From Nitrospirota bacterium (lineage in GTDB: Bacteria; Nitrospirota; Thermodesulfovibrionia; Thermodesulfovibrionales; UBA9159): a stretch of 64,000 bases of DNA. The notes under the pieces were generated by a model. The model ran no database searches, had not been told where the DNA came from, and was given only the letters and a program-made list of their open reading frames with translations. Position numbers and translations under genes: made by a program. Below are positions 51,506 through 62,304 of this stretch, in pieces. Location of the stretch: positions 32,001-96,000 of the forward strand of contig CAVOUE010000003.1 in the NCBI GenBank assembly GCA_963699545.1, read 5' to 3'. Position 1 is the stretch's first letter, and every line of letters begins with the position of its first letter.

Positions 51506-52401
51506 ATCATCATGAATCCTCCACCGCCTGCCCCGGAAATCTTGCCGCCTATGGCTCCCGCCTTCCTCGCTTCTTCATACATCTCGTCAATGACCGGACT
51601 GCTGATCTTATCGCTCATCTTCTTCTTCTGTTCCCATCCAAAGTTCATGAGCTCACCAAACTCATTCAGCTTACCCGTGAGAAGCGCCTTCTTCATATCT
51701 ATTGCGTTTTGCTTTAACAGGTCCATTGCTTCTATGGTGTCCTTCCTGCCTGAGACGAAGTTCTTCACCTGCGAATCGATTATCCTGGCTGAAAGTCTCG
51801 TGCCGCCGGTATAGCATAACAGCATATTGGACTGAAGCTCGTTTGTTATGTGGAGTTTGATCCTCAGGGGATTGATGATGACCTGCTCTCCTTCAAACTC
51901 CATAAAGTTGAAGCCGCCGAAGGCGGCGGCATATTGGTCCTGCTTCCCCCCTTTTATCCCGATATCCTTGCGCTCTATTTCATAGGCGAGGTGGGCAATA
52001 TCGTAATCCCCCAGAGGAATCTGATGCCATTCTTTAAAGGCACCGATCAGTGAGACGACCATGGTGGATGAGGAACCGAGACCGGAGCCTGCAGGAGCGT
52101 CACTGCGAGTATATAATTCAAAGCCATCGTGGCTCCTCTTAAATCTCTCTATGACCCCTTTTGCCAAATCCATCTCGCCGTCGAATACAAGCTTTTGATC
52201 GACCTTATAATTCGCAACGATATCGTAATCGAGGGAGGTAATGTTTATCTTGTTATCTCTTCTCGGAACCAATGTCGCATAGGCATATTTATTGATTGTA
52301 GCGTTCAGCACCGCGCCTCCCCTGCTATCGGAATAGGGTGAGACATCGGTCCCTCCTCCTGCAAACCCGAGGCGTAAGGGTGCCTTTGAACGGATGATCA
52401 T
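51387..52401 (-). CDS. hddA: D-glycero-alpha-D-manno-heptose-7-phosphate kinase (GHMP family; frameshift at 51482-51488)
   Basis: APLRLGFAGGGTD, PAGSGLGSSS, GGKQDQYAAAFGG and GGKISGAGGGGF. The repaired C-terminus DRRHKVAERLEQLGG...QTWRMPK* overlaps the next ATG. Confidence 0.85.
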
Positions 52402-53120
52402 AACGGCCTCCTCAGAGGTATCTCCCTTTGTGCTTTTTCATAATCCTCCGGAATCCCTATATCAATGAAATATCCTTTTACCGGAAATCCGTAAAGCCCC
52501 TTGCCGACAAGGAACGGAACTATCTCCTTTTCAAGGGAACACACCTCGTTCGCAGGAATGTAATCAAAAACGTCCCTCCTGAAGATATAGGTTCCCCCGT
52601 TGATATATCCGGCACTTCCCTCACCCGTTTTCTCGATAAAAGCTGCAATCTCATTGCCCCTGTCAACGATGATGTTGCCATATCTGCCCGTCCCTTCCTT
52701 GCACGCCAGCGCTATTGTCGCTATAGCTCCATGGGCTCTATGGAAATGAAGCATTTCCCTCAGCTCCACTTCAAAATACGTATCTCCGTTGATAACAAAA
52801 AAGTCATCGGATTCTATAAGCGATTCTGCAAGCTTGACAGCCCCTCCGGTTCCCAGAAGGTCCCTCTCGATGGTATACTTTATCCTCAGTCCCAGCGATG
52901 ATCCGTCCCCGAGATATTCTCTGATCGCATCCGATCCGTAGCCTAGAGATATAATAACATCTCCAAACCCTTGATGGGAAATAAATTTCAAGAGATATTC
53001 GAGAAAGGGCTTGTTCCCGATCGGCGCAAGAGGTTTTGGCAGGGCACCGAGGGTCTCCCTCAGCCTTGTGCCAAGCCCACCTGCAAGAATGAGTACTTTC
53101 ATTGTTCCCGGGCTATTCAT
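52398..53120 (-). CDS. hddC: sugar-1-phosphate nucleotidyltransferase, HddC-like (heptose-1-phosphate guanylyltransferase)
   Basis: LAGGLGTRL...PKP, LGTGGA, NGDT and FIDIGIPEDY motifs; coupled to hddA. Confidence 0.75.
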   Translation of the reverse strand: MNSPGTMKVLILAGGLGTRLRETLGALPKPLAPIGNKPFLEYLLKFISHQGFGDVIISLGYGSDAIREYLGDGSSLGLRIKYTIERDLLGTGGAVKLAESLIESDDFFVINGDTYFEVELREMLHFHRAHGAIATIALACKEGTGRYGNIIVDRGNEIAAFIEKTGEGSAGYINGGTYIFRRDVFDYIPANEVCSLEKEIVPFLVGKGLYGFPVKGYFIDIGIPEDYEKAQREIPLRRPL

Positions 53121-53186
53121 AAGAAATATCCATGAGAAGCAATTACAGAAAGGCTTCTCTATAATTCACTCTATGTTCTCCTTTTA

Positions 53187-54089
53187 TCAGAAGTTTTGAA
53201 TCCATTTCTTTACAATTTTCTTTATCCCTTTCGGTGTTTTTGTCCCAATATTATTCAGGATACCATGTAACTCTTCGGCCCAAAGAGATTGCCTAATGAG
53301 AGGATACATCAGCTTTATGGTTTTCAAGGTGTTGAAATTTTCTTCGACTCCTTCCCACGGTGATATGGTTGCCTTAATGCCTCTCGCAGGTTTGAGGAGC
53401 AGGGTACACCAATTTCTTGACCACATTGGGATGTGTATCAAACCCAGGATATCTGCGATTCTTTCAAATGTTTTCATCGAAAAAATAGAAATATGTCCGC
53501 GCACTGAAGGGTCGATATATCCTTTGTTGTTGTCAGATTCTTTGATGAACTCCAAGGTACCGGTATTTACTAAAATCATGCCTCCGGGCTTTACTATATC
53601 TCTCAGTTTCTGAAAAATGGGAATGATCAAATCCTGCGGAAGATGTTCAACGACTTCGATGCTCATAATTGCATCCAAGCTTTCCGTTTCGAATTTGTCG
53701 GTGGTCAGAACATCCTCTTTCAACAGGTATCGTGTGGGATCAAATTTTCCGTACTTATCTATCCCATAGGCATCTATCGCCAGCTGGGATCTGAGCCAAT
53801 TCACCGTAATCCCCAGGCCGCAGCCAAAATCCAGGAATGTCTTCACAGGAATTTTGCTAAGATAAATCAACTCCAGAGCCCTCATACAACAGTCCTCATT
53901 CTCCCTTCTCACTGCTTCGGGGTATTCCTTTTCCCAATAGTCTTCATCATAACAGACCTTCGAGATATCATCCGGCATGAAGAGAAAATTGCACGAAGGG
54001 CACAGGTAGTAGGGATACCCATCCACGGTTTGATAGAATTGCGCCCCGGAGTGACAGAGAGAACAACGGTAATGCGATACACCTTCCAT
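53187..54089 (-). CDS. class I SAM-dependent methyltransferase with an N-terminal Zn-ribbon
   Basis: CSLC...CPSC, LDFGCGLG, EVVEHL, KPGG and HISIFS motifs. Confidence 0.88.
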   Translation of the reverse strand: MEGVSHYRCSLCHSGAQFYQTVDGYPYYLCPSCNFLFMPDDISKVCYDEDYWEKEYPEAVRRENEDCCMRALELIYLSKIPVKTFLDFGCGLGITVNWLRSQLAIDAYGIDKYGKFDPTRYLLKEDVLTTDKFETESLDAIMSIEVVEHLPQDLIIPIFQKLRDIVKPGGMILVNTGTLEFIKESDNNKGYIDPSVRGHISIFSMKTFERIADILGLIHIPMWSRNWCTLLLKPARGIKATISPWEGVEENFNTLKTIKLMYPLIRQSLWAEELHGILNNIGTKTPKGIKKIVKKWIQNF

Positions 54090-54193
54090 CTGCAAGCTTC
54101 CTTATGTCCGAGTACGCTTTTTCACAAAAGCTCTCTTCCACATGAAGTCGTCATCCTACCCGCGAGATGATCACTATTCATCTTCTCCCGACA

Positions 54194-56093
54194 TCAAGAA
54201 ATTCCTTCCCTGTCAATGTTGATCTTATTCGAGTCTTTCAATTGGTAGAGTTTCCCATATCGATCCTCCGCCAACAAGTCAAAATAGTCCGGAAAGGAGT
54301 TGTCGAACTCAACGGTTAGACCGCGGCCTGTACTGACCAGAAAAAGCTGAATGTTCATCGCGTTCAATCTATTATACAGGTTTCTGCTATCTCCGATGAC
54401 AGCCAGAATGATTGAATACCGTGCAGGCCCATACCAGTCACCTATCATCTTTCCTCGAGAAAAATAAAACGAATCTTCAAACCCTAACTGATAAATCCTG
54501 CCTGAGAGCCTTTCATTTGCCACTTGCAGCAGATGAAATGATTCTATCTTCCTTCTGAGATATTTATCTCGCGTCTCTTGGGTCACCGGGAACGGATCCC
54601 TTGAGACTTCTTTTAGAATGTCGGCATCCAGCCGTAGAACCGGTAATAGTATAAAGAGAACCGCAATTGCACTTATGACCGTTTGTGATGCACGTTTCAC
54701 AATGAGATTGTTCGCGAAAAGCACCCCTACAGGTTTCTTTATGAAATTGCCATACAGATACATGAGGACACTCGCCGCCAAAAGGGCAGCCATCGGAAGA
54801 ACAGGCAGCAGATATCGCAATATCTGGGAAGTAAAAAACCAGATTATTACATTCGCAAATACAAAAATACAGAGTTTCTTGCTAAAGCTGTCAAGTTTTC
54901 TAAACAAAAAAACAGCGGGGAAAACGGCAAAGGCCCCTCGAGATAAGGCCCCTTCCCCAAATTTATCGTAATGGGAATAAAGATTCCAGGGAAGCTTCAG
55001 GAGCGAAATCAGGTCTCTGGATGTGCCGCGAGACGTAAGGAGATCCTTTGTTTGAATAAGCAGATCTTCCTTGTTCCATAACCAATATCCAAATATTTCT
55101 CCTCCGAACGGGGAAACGGGATCCTCCGGAAATAATGAAATTCCTGATATACCAGGGAGCGCCAAAAAAAAACGCCGGTAAAATGAATCTCATGATGGAA
55201 GAAACCTTCCTGCCCTCATACGCGATCCATAATAAGAACATAGGGATATAAAAAAGGCCGCTATATTTGCATCCAGCTGCTATTCCCGCTGCAAATCCTG
55301 CAAGGTATAGCCAGTTTTCATCTTTTTTGACCGACCATACACTTATGCAATAAAAACTCAAGAATACAAAAAGAGTCAGCCCCAGGTCTATGTACGCAGT
55401 TCGCATCAGGTGTGTCACGATGGGGCTTGACAGGAAAATAAATGCAGCTATGGTTCCCACTTTCCTGTCTGCTGTAAAAGATCCAAGACTGTATATGCCC
55501 ACCGCACAGAGAACGGCAGTGGAGGCGTGCATCAAATGGGCCAGTATGTCATCAGAGAAAAGCAGGGAGAGGGCGTAGAGAAGATCGATGTAATGGGCAT
55601 AAAGCGGATATCTGAGGAAAGGATTCACGCTGAGCCCGTTATGCTCGACATAGTATTTCGCATAGGGAAGGTGATAGGAGATCTCATCCCATGCTGTTGG
55701 AGGATAAAGGGGGAAGAAGAGGAACGGTGAAAAGAGGATAAAGACGGACACAATCAAAAGCAGGTTCCTTTTCGAAGACTCCCCGCTGTCGTGAGCTTCA
55801 GGTCTTCTTGGGAGGAAAATGGATACATCTCTTCGAGCAAGATAATACGTTAGAAACAAAAATATGGCCGAGAGTACTGTGATCTTGCTCAACAGCCCGA
55901 AGAGTGAAATAGAGAACAAAAAGACAGTAATCACCCCGATACCCGAAGCAGTATACAAAAAAACCTTTGCAGCGGTTTCCCGGACGGTGTACTTCTTAAG
56001 TGTGACACCCCCTGCGACATAGGAAAGCAAAAGGAATACGCACAAGAAACCATAATGTTGAGCGACAAATCTTAAACTTACAAAAATGTCCAT
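54194..56093 (-). CDS. GT-C (ArnT/PMT-like) integral membrane glycosyltransferase (frameshift at 55121-55127)
   Basis: WDEISYHLP, AYID, CKYSG, PWYIRN and RYLLP. Removing one G gives ISGDPVSPF and joins ORFs 54963-56093 and 54194-55165. Confidence 0.8.
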
Positions 56094-56095
56094 CC

Positions 56096-57166
56096 TTAAT
56101 CTTTATCGTTAAAAACAAATTTATTCATCACTACAAAATTGAAGAGGAACATGGTGAATTCTGCGGCGGGCTTTGCGAGCGCCCGCGAAATATGCAAGAG
56201 ATCCACAAAACAATAAAGCAGCGCTGCGGTGGTCGACATGGAAAACAACACTGCGCCGATATACCGTAATCCCTCCCTCAGTTTCTTTCCTCTTGATCTG
56301 AACACCAGGTACCGGTTGGAGAAGAAATTAAATGTGCCGCTGCACATCCTTGCAATAAGATGCGAAACGAGGTAATAAATTCCAAATAGATAACTCAACG
56401 ATAAGAATACGGAGTAATCGATAAGAAAAGAAGTAAAGGCCACGCCCGTATATTTGGACAGGGGAACGAGTACGCGAAAAGAATCCCGCAGGGGACGAAA
56501 CTTTGAGTTTCTATTTTTGTCCAGATAAAGGGTTTGAATTCCAATATTCCCTATGGTCCGACGTGTCTCGACAGCATACACCAGCATCCTCATTTCGGTC
56601 TCGTACCTGCCGGGGAGAACGTTGGCGACCACGTCCCTGGCAAATTCCGCAGAAAGAACCCTGAACCCTGACTGCGTGTCCACAATAGTCTGCCTGAAGA
56701 GTGCATTAAATAATTTGGCGGTAAATATATTCCCTATTTTGCTTCGTAAGGGCGTTTTCTCTGATACCTCCCTCACGCCAATAACAAGATCGTGCAAACT
56801 ATCAGATGTTGCGATAAACTGCTTGAATCTTGGAATTTCTTCCGGGTCATGCTGTCCGTCACTGTCGATGGTGAAGATGAAATCGGGATCATACTTAAGC
56901 GCTTCTCTTAAGCCCGCGATAAGGGCATGTCCCTTACCCTTATTAGAGGGAAATACGATCAGTTGAACATTTTGTGCAAGAGCACATTCAGCAAGATATT
57001 TTCGGTTCTCAGCGTCTGATCCGTCATCCACGAGAATGACAACATCAACGTTCTTGCTCACATCGGAAACAACTTTCGCGACTGTTTCCCCCGGATTATA
57101 TGCCGGAATGACAGATAAGAACTTATGTTTACCTTCTATATTTTGAAGATCCGTGGACACGATCAT
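56096..57166 (-). CDS. bifunctional GT2 / GtrA-family flippase fusion
   Basis: IPAYNP, DDGS, DSDGQH, DTQSGFR and SKFRP motifs; C-terminal four-TM GtrA-like domain ending NKFVF. Confidence 0.88.
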   Translation of the reverse strand: MIVSTDLQNIEGKHKFLSVIPAYNPGETVAKVVSDVSKNVDVVILVDDGSDAENRKYLAECALAQNVQLIVFPSNKGKGHALIAGLREALKYDPDFIFTIDSDGQHDPEEIPRFKQFIATSDSLHDLVIGVREVSEKTPLRSKIGNIFTAKLFNALFRQTIVDTQSGFRVLSAEFARDVVANVLPGRYETEMRMLVYAVETRRTIGNIGIQTLYLDKNRNSKFRPLRDSFRVLVPLSKYTGVAFTSFLIDYSVFLSLSYLFGIYYLVSHLIARMCSGTFNFFSNRYLVFRSRGKKLREGLRYIGAVLFSMSTTAALLYCFVDLLHISRALAKPAAEFTMFLFNFVVMNKFVFNDKD

Positions 57167-57204
57167 AGTTTCAAAAGACGTTGAAATACGAACCTATGCG
57201 AAAA

Positions 57205-59832
57205 TCATTCCGTCATAATTCTTGGTTCGAGCCATACTGCCCAATCTCCATTCCCGTTCTTTCCCTGATCGTTTGTTGTCGATAATTTAATAACGATGTT
57301 TTCTCCAGCAAATTCATTAAGAGATAGCTTAGCGTCAATAAAACCTTCCTGTGGCATTATATATTCGTTTAGAATCACTCTTGCATATTTTTTTGCAGAC
57401 ACCTCAATCTTCATTCTCAAGCCATCACTGTCCCACTTTCGGGAGAGGGAATGGTATCCCAGCGAGGTTTCTAAAAATACATTTTTCTTGTTCGGGAGTG
57501 TTATCCTGTACTCCACACTTGAATCGGGATGAGCGAAGATTGCCACTTTGTCACCTTCTTCCGGAATTGTTATAACTGCAATTGTTTCTTTCCAAGGAAT
57601 ACTCGCAGGGACATTTCCTACTAGGGCTGCAGTGCGAAACATCTGAGAAAGATCAAACAATACTTCTTCTCTTTCAGCTGACATTTCTTGCTGAGATGGA
57701 TACAGTATAACCCTTTTCTTTGGTGAATAGAGAATGTATCCCATAACAGAAAACTCGTTATTCAACATGTTCTTAAACTCAGAAGAATTGAGAACGCGAT
57801 TTTGAGCATTACCAGTTTGAGGACTACCAGGCATGATGATGAAGTCAAACTTCCTATTTACAAAAATATACTTATACATCTCACTAGCGTCCCTTGATGC
57901 CATAAATAAATCTCTATAATTCTTATAAAAAGCTATCCAATCACCTTCGATATTGAAATCTGCAAAATATAACCCCCACGAATCAATTAATAAGCCGCGT
58001 GATTTCCCCCCATACTTTATTTTTGCAAAATCAAAAACCTTTCTAACTTCATGCCAGTATCCTGCTTTCTCATAAGAGTGTGTCATTGCCTCTCTCAAGG
58101 GATAAGGTGTCGTTATGTTTCCAATAGAGAGTTGACAAACGAAATTAACTACACAAACGATCAAAAATAAAAACAAGATTATGTTTAACTTTATTTTGCT
58201 ATTCTTATTTAATGCGAGCAACCCATCGATTATCAAAGCAATTATAATGGATCCTAAAGGAAGGATATGAATGTAATACCGCATGTATGGATTTGTGATT
58301 TTAAACCATAGATAAATTGCAACAATAAATATAAAAAAAATTATAAAAATTTCTTTTCTTTTTGTTTTATTGAAAAAGAGAATAGGAAAAAATATAAGAA
58401 ATACAAAATATGAAATCCCTAGAGAATAATTAATATTTTCGATATACTTGGCACCCCAAAAGGTCATATCATAGAGAGTCTTCCAATTTAAGGGCTGTTG
58501 CCATCGTTCATCTCTAAAGTTCTCCGGATCATACCATACAGATTTAAAGAACCCATTAAAAAAAGGAAATACTGGATTCTTAGCGATAAGGTAATTGTGT
58601 AAGAGAAAAGGAGATAGAATGACTAAAAAAATAACAATCCCAAAGAATAGAGAAAAGACTAAAGAATAATCGCGGCTTTCAATCACCTTCTTCGTAAAAA
58701 AAACCAAGAGAACAACTACTGCCGGAATAAAGAGAAAGATAAATTGCAACTTACACAGGAAAGCGAATGCGCAGAGCGCGAAAAAAAATGTCATATCCCT
58801 CTTGCTGTCTAAATACTGGAGCAAACGAAAGAGGAAGGCAAAAACTACTACAGAAGCAGTGAACAGAAAGGTATCAATGAATACAACGCCAAATTCCCAT
58901 AGCACGAAAGGGGTAAACATACAAAGCGCTGTGGTAACAACTGCATTCCTTGATCCAAATGTTTTCCGTGTAAAACTCTCCAGTAAAATAGCGCCAGCAA
59001 AAAAAAATGAATACTGCCACATTCTTATGGCATATTCTCCATCACCCATCAAAAAAACGGCAGTATATGAACCATACGGGATAATTGACAAATCGAGTGC
59101 ATGAACAAAATGCGGACTAAAATTCCAAAATCCATTGAGAAAAACATATTTCGGAATATAGAGATGCCGTGCAATATCATCAGCAAGATAATAGGGAACA
59201 AGAGCATAAAAAATAAAAAAAACCCCTAAAACAAATATAATTTTTTGCCCTCCGCTTAATTGGCCAGCACTCAATTTCTCAACAACCTGCTTAATAAAAC
59301 TTCTTACCGACCTTCCAAAGATAAATGCTTCTAACAAAAAGAAAAAATAATAGACAAAAGGAAAATTGATCCTGTAATGCATTGCACCCCAGATTACAAT
59401 GCTGTTGATGCTTACTCCAACAAATAAGGAGTCGATGGCTTTTTCAATATCGAATCTTTGTGATGGATTGAAAAGATTAGACAAAGCTTTTCCTAATCCT
59501 ATACTTGCCAGCAAGAAAAGAGTAATCGCAACTAAAGCTAGCCCTTTCCCCGACAACAGAATAATCAGAGGAATGAAAAGAAGAATATAAGAACCTTGCA
59601 TTCGTTTTCTTTCTAAAATAAGGAAGGAAATCACAATAACCAAAAGAAATATACCGCCATCAATTAAAGACTGCTTGGGAACAAAAAAATAATTGGCCTC
59701 ATGAATTTTAGAGGGATCAAATGTTACATTATGGAAAATTTTCCATATGGAAAAACCAACAAGAAAAGAAAGAACAGTGATGACTCCTGTTTGAGCCAAT
59801 CGGTTTTTATCTAAGATTTCTTTTCTCAGCAT
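57205..59832 (-). CDS. large polytopic GT-C-like membrane protein with a C-terminal extracytoplasmic beta-sandwich (NPCBM-like)
   Basis: DDIARHL, ID, K, NPVFPFFN and MRY pattern of GT-C proteins; C-terminus IFAHP...SDG...DWAVWLEP. Very AT-rich. Confidence 0.65.
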   Translation of the reverse strand: MLRKEILDKNRLAQTGVITVLSFLVGFSIWKIFHNVTFDPSKIHEANYFFVPKQSLIDGGIFLLVIVISFLILERKRMQGSYILLFIPLIILLSGKGLALVAITLFLLASIGLGKALSNLFNPSQRFDIEKAIDSLFVGVSINSIVIWGAMHYRINFPFVYYFFFLLEAFIFGRSVRSFIKQVVEKLSAGQLSGGQKIIFVLGVFFIFYALVPYYLADDIARHLYIPKYVFLNGFWNFSPHFVHALDLSIIPYGSYTAVFLMGDGEYAIRMWQYSFFFAGAILLESFTRKTFGSRNAVVTTALCMFTPFVLWEFGVVFIDTFLFTASVVVFAFLFRLLQYLDSKRDMTFFFALCAFAFLCKLQFIFLFIPAVVVLLVFFTKKVIESRDYSLVFSLFFGIVIFLVILSPFLLHNYLIAKNPVFPFFNGFFKSVWYDPENFRDERWQQPLNWKTLYDMTFWGAKYIENINYSLGISYFVFLIFFPILFFNKTKRKEIFIIFFIFIVAIYLWFKITNPYMRYYIHILPLGSIIIALIIDGLLALNKNSKIKLNIILFLFLIVCVVNFVCQLSIGNITTPYPLREAMTHSYEKAGYWHEVRKVFDFAKIKYGGKSRGLLIDSWGLYFADFNIEGDWIAFYKNYRDLFMASRDASEMYKYIFVNRKFDFIIMPGSPQTGNAQNRVLNSSEFKNMLNNEFSVMGYILYSPKKRVILYPSQQEMSAEREEVLFDLSQMFRTAALVGNVPASIPWKETIAVITIPEEGDKVAIFAHPDSSVEYRITLPNKKNVFLETSLGYHSLSRKWDSDGLRMKIEVSAKKYARVILNEYIMPQEGFIDAKLSLNEFAGENIVIKLSTTNDQGKNGNGDWAVWLEPRIMTE

Positions 59833-60136
59833 TTCTAGACCTACTGTTCACAATCCGAGGCAAGACACTATTCTTCAATTAACCAACCAATGAATAAGAC
59901 TCTCGTCAAGAATCACATCTTCTTCTAATTGTATTGATAACTCGTCGCTTACTTCTTTGTGCCTTATATGATACCCACCTTTACTTGTCATCATATAATA
60001 TAGATGCTTTCTTGCTGATCGAAGAGTCTCGTGCGAGAAATCCCAAGGCTTCGAAGCTGTCTGGATAATCGAATCGCTTTAGCCTTCTCCACATCGCACA
60101 GACACGGTACATCAGCATTATCTAACAAATTCATAT

Positions 60137-60715
60137 TTATTTACTAATAATCTTTGGTTCAAGCCACACTGGCCAGTCACCATCCCCATTCTTACCAGGA
60201 TCATTTGTTGAAGAAAACCTCATTATCACTTTTTTCCCTCCAAATTCGCTGAGAGGAACTTCAACATTTACAAATCCATCTTTGGGCATTACATATTTCT
60301 CTGCAATAACTTTATCGATGTTATCGTTCATTACTTCCACTTTCATCCTAACGCCATCGCTGTTCCACATACGAGCAGCAGGATGAAAGCCAAGTGAAGT
60401 TATAAAGAAGACATTCTTGCCAGAAGGAATTTTCACAGAATATAATAAAACTGAACTGGGAGCAGAAAAAATACCGGCTTTTTTGTTGATACCTTTTTCT
60501 TGTTCAATTTCTATTTTTGCAACAGTTTTCCCCCATGGATTTGCATTCTTCGGCGTGTCTATCAATCCTTGAATTTTTGCGTCTCTGAAATGTTCAATAA
60601 AATCGTAGGATGCTTTATCGCTATCGCAGCTAAATAAAAGAATAGGAAAGAACATGAGAAAAACCAGCAAATAAAATTTCTCATTCTGTAAAAGGTTTTG
60701 CTTGCTGCTGCTCAT
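60137..60715 (-). CDS. putative lipoprotein with an NPCBM-like domain
   Basis: GGAGG RBS and LFSC lipobox; homologous to the C-terminal domain of 57205-59832. Confidence 0.7.
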   Translation of the reverse strand: MSSSKQNLLQNEKFYLLVFLMFFPILLFSCDSDKASYDFIEHFRDAKIQGLIDTPKNANPWGKTVAKIEIEQEKGINKKAGIFSAPSSVLLYSVKIPSGKNVFFITSLGFHPAARMWNSDGVRMKVEVMNDNIDKVIAEKYVMPKDGFVNVEVPLSEFGGKKVIMRFSSTNDPGKNGDGDWPVWLEPKIISK

Positions 60716-60817
60716 TGTCGAACCTCCTGTTAATGGAAAATTATTCTAAACCAAGGCTGCCGTGTTGGCCCCATGTGTCAATGACAGTCTTGGGAATTAA
60801 AAGCTTTTATTATACCT

Positions 60818-61726
60818 TTATCGTTTGCTTTTCATGAAATGATATAATTCGTCAAACCTCCTGTTGATGGAATCGAGAATGATACCCGTGACAAAGAGAA
60901 TTATAGACAATATCATTGTCCCGACAGCAAAGATGGCAAGCGGAACGTGAGTGATATATCTTGTTTCCACAAATTCTGTAATCACAACAGATCCAGAAAC
61001 CAAGGAGATCAGCAGCAGAATTCCAGAAATAACGGAAAAGAATAACAGCGGTTTATAATCCTTAAAGATAATGAAGATTGTCTTCAGTACTAATATACCA
61101 TCATTTATGGTATTCAATTTGGAATAGCTCCCTTGCGGTCTCTCCCTATATGGTACGTCCACCTCTTTTATCACATATCCGTATTTTAATGCCTTTATGC
61201 TCATTTCCGTTTCTATCTCAAAACCCGAGGACACCACGTTTATATTTTTCACAAATAATCTATTCATTACTCTGAATCCTGACATGATATCGGATAACTG
61301 AGCGTTGAATAGTTTATTTATTAGTAATCTCACAAGCTTGTTGCCAAAGGTGTGAAACTTTCTAAACGATTCATCCGTGTAATTCTTCAGCCTGTTCCCG
61401 ACTATCATATCCGCTTTATCATTATTTATCATGGAGATCATGGCATTTACGTTCGTTACGTCATATGTATTATCTCCGTCAACCATAACATATATGTCGG
61501 CATCAACGTTGCTGAACATCGATTGAACAGCAAATCCCTTTCCCTGTCTTTTCTCTCTTATAACTTCGGCTCCCAGTGACCTCGCAATTTCAGCCGTTCT
61601 GTCCGTCGAGTTATTGTCGAAAACATAAATGCTGGCTTCAGGGGTTATATTGTGAAAATCAGTTATCACATTTCCTATTGTGATCTCTTCATTGTAACAA
61701 GGGATAACTACAGCAATGTTTCTCAC
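60818..61726 (-). CDS. GT2, GtrB/DPM-like polyprenyl-phosphate glycosyltransferase with two C-terminal TM helices
   Basis: IPCYNEE, DNNSTD, VDGDNTY, DIMSGFR, GFEIETE and YRERPQGS motifs. Confidence 0.9.
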   Translation of the reverse strand: MRNIAVVIPCYNEEITIGNVITDFHNITPEASIYVFDNNSTDRTAEIARSLGAEVIREKRQGKGFAVQSMFSNVDADIYVMVDGDNTYDVTNVNAMISMINNDKADMIVGNRLKNYTDESFRKFHTFGNKLVRLLINKLFNAQLSDIMSGFRVMNRLFVKNINVVSSGFEIETEMSIKALKYGYVIKEVDVPYRERPQGSYSKLNTINDGILVLKTIFIIFKDYKPLLFFSVISGILLLISLVSGSVVITEFVETRYITHVPLAIFAVGTMILSIILFVTGIILDSINRRFDELYHFMKSKR

Positions 61727-61837
61727 TCTATGGTCACCTCTCTAGCTTTCTAAAATGACTCTCACGAGACAGTTATGCGCGTTCTGAGGAGGAATATAAG
61801 GCCAAAATACTTATAGTATCATGCATTTCAAAGTACC

Positions 61838-62218
61838 TCAAGGTTTCACTAAAAATTTCATTTCATTTGACTTCCGGTTGTTTTTTTTGTCCAGCAAATA
61901 CAAAGGATATTCCCCGGGTTTCTCATAGAGATTCTTCGGGACGAGCGCAGAAACTGCCTTCCCCTCTGATTGCGGGGCGCTTTCCAAAGAAATACCATTG
62001 AGAACAAAAACAGTAGTTGGTGTTGCATTTTCCGTTTCGGCCCAGATCGCACTTTCACCATTGGGTTGCTTATTAAATATTTGCCCAGCTCGTATGTCCT
62101 CGGGACCAAATTTCTTTAACACGAGCGGCTTTGACTCCTGCTTGGCAGAGCATCCCAGAATAAATACAATCACGAATAGTGACAACACTTTGATCGATGC
62201 TGCTTTTCCCCAGATCAT
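61838..62218 (-). CDS. hypothetical lipoprotein
   Basis: GGAGG upstream of MIWGK, ILGC lipobox, small beta-rich domain. Confidence 0.65.
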   Translation of the reverse strand: MIWGKAASIKVLSLFVIVFILGCSAKQESKPLVLKKFGPEDIRAGQIFNKQPNGESAIWAETENATPTTVFVLNGISLESAPQSEGKAVSALVPKNLYEKPGEYPLYLLDKKNNRKSNEMKFLVKP

Positions 62219-62304
62219 TACTTCCTCCTTCTTCATTAAAGAGATTTCGTTCCCACAAACAGTGCGAGCTGCATCCCTCTGTGCGAGCCCGACGATCGCT
62301 CACC

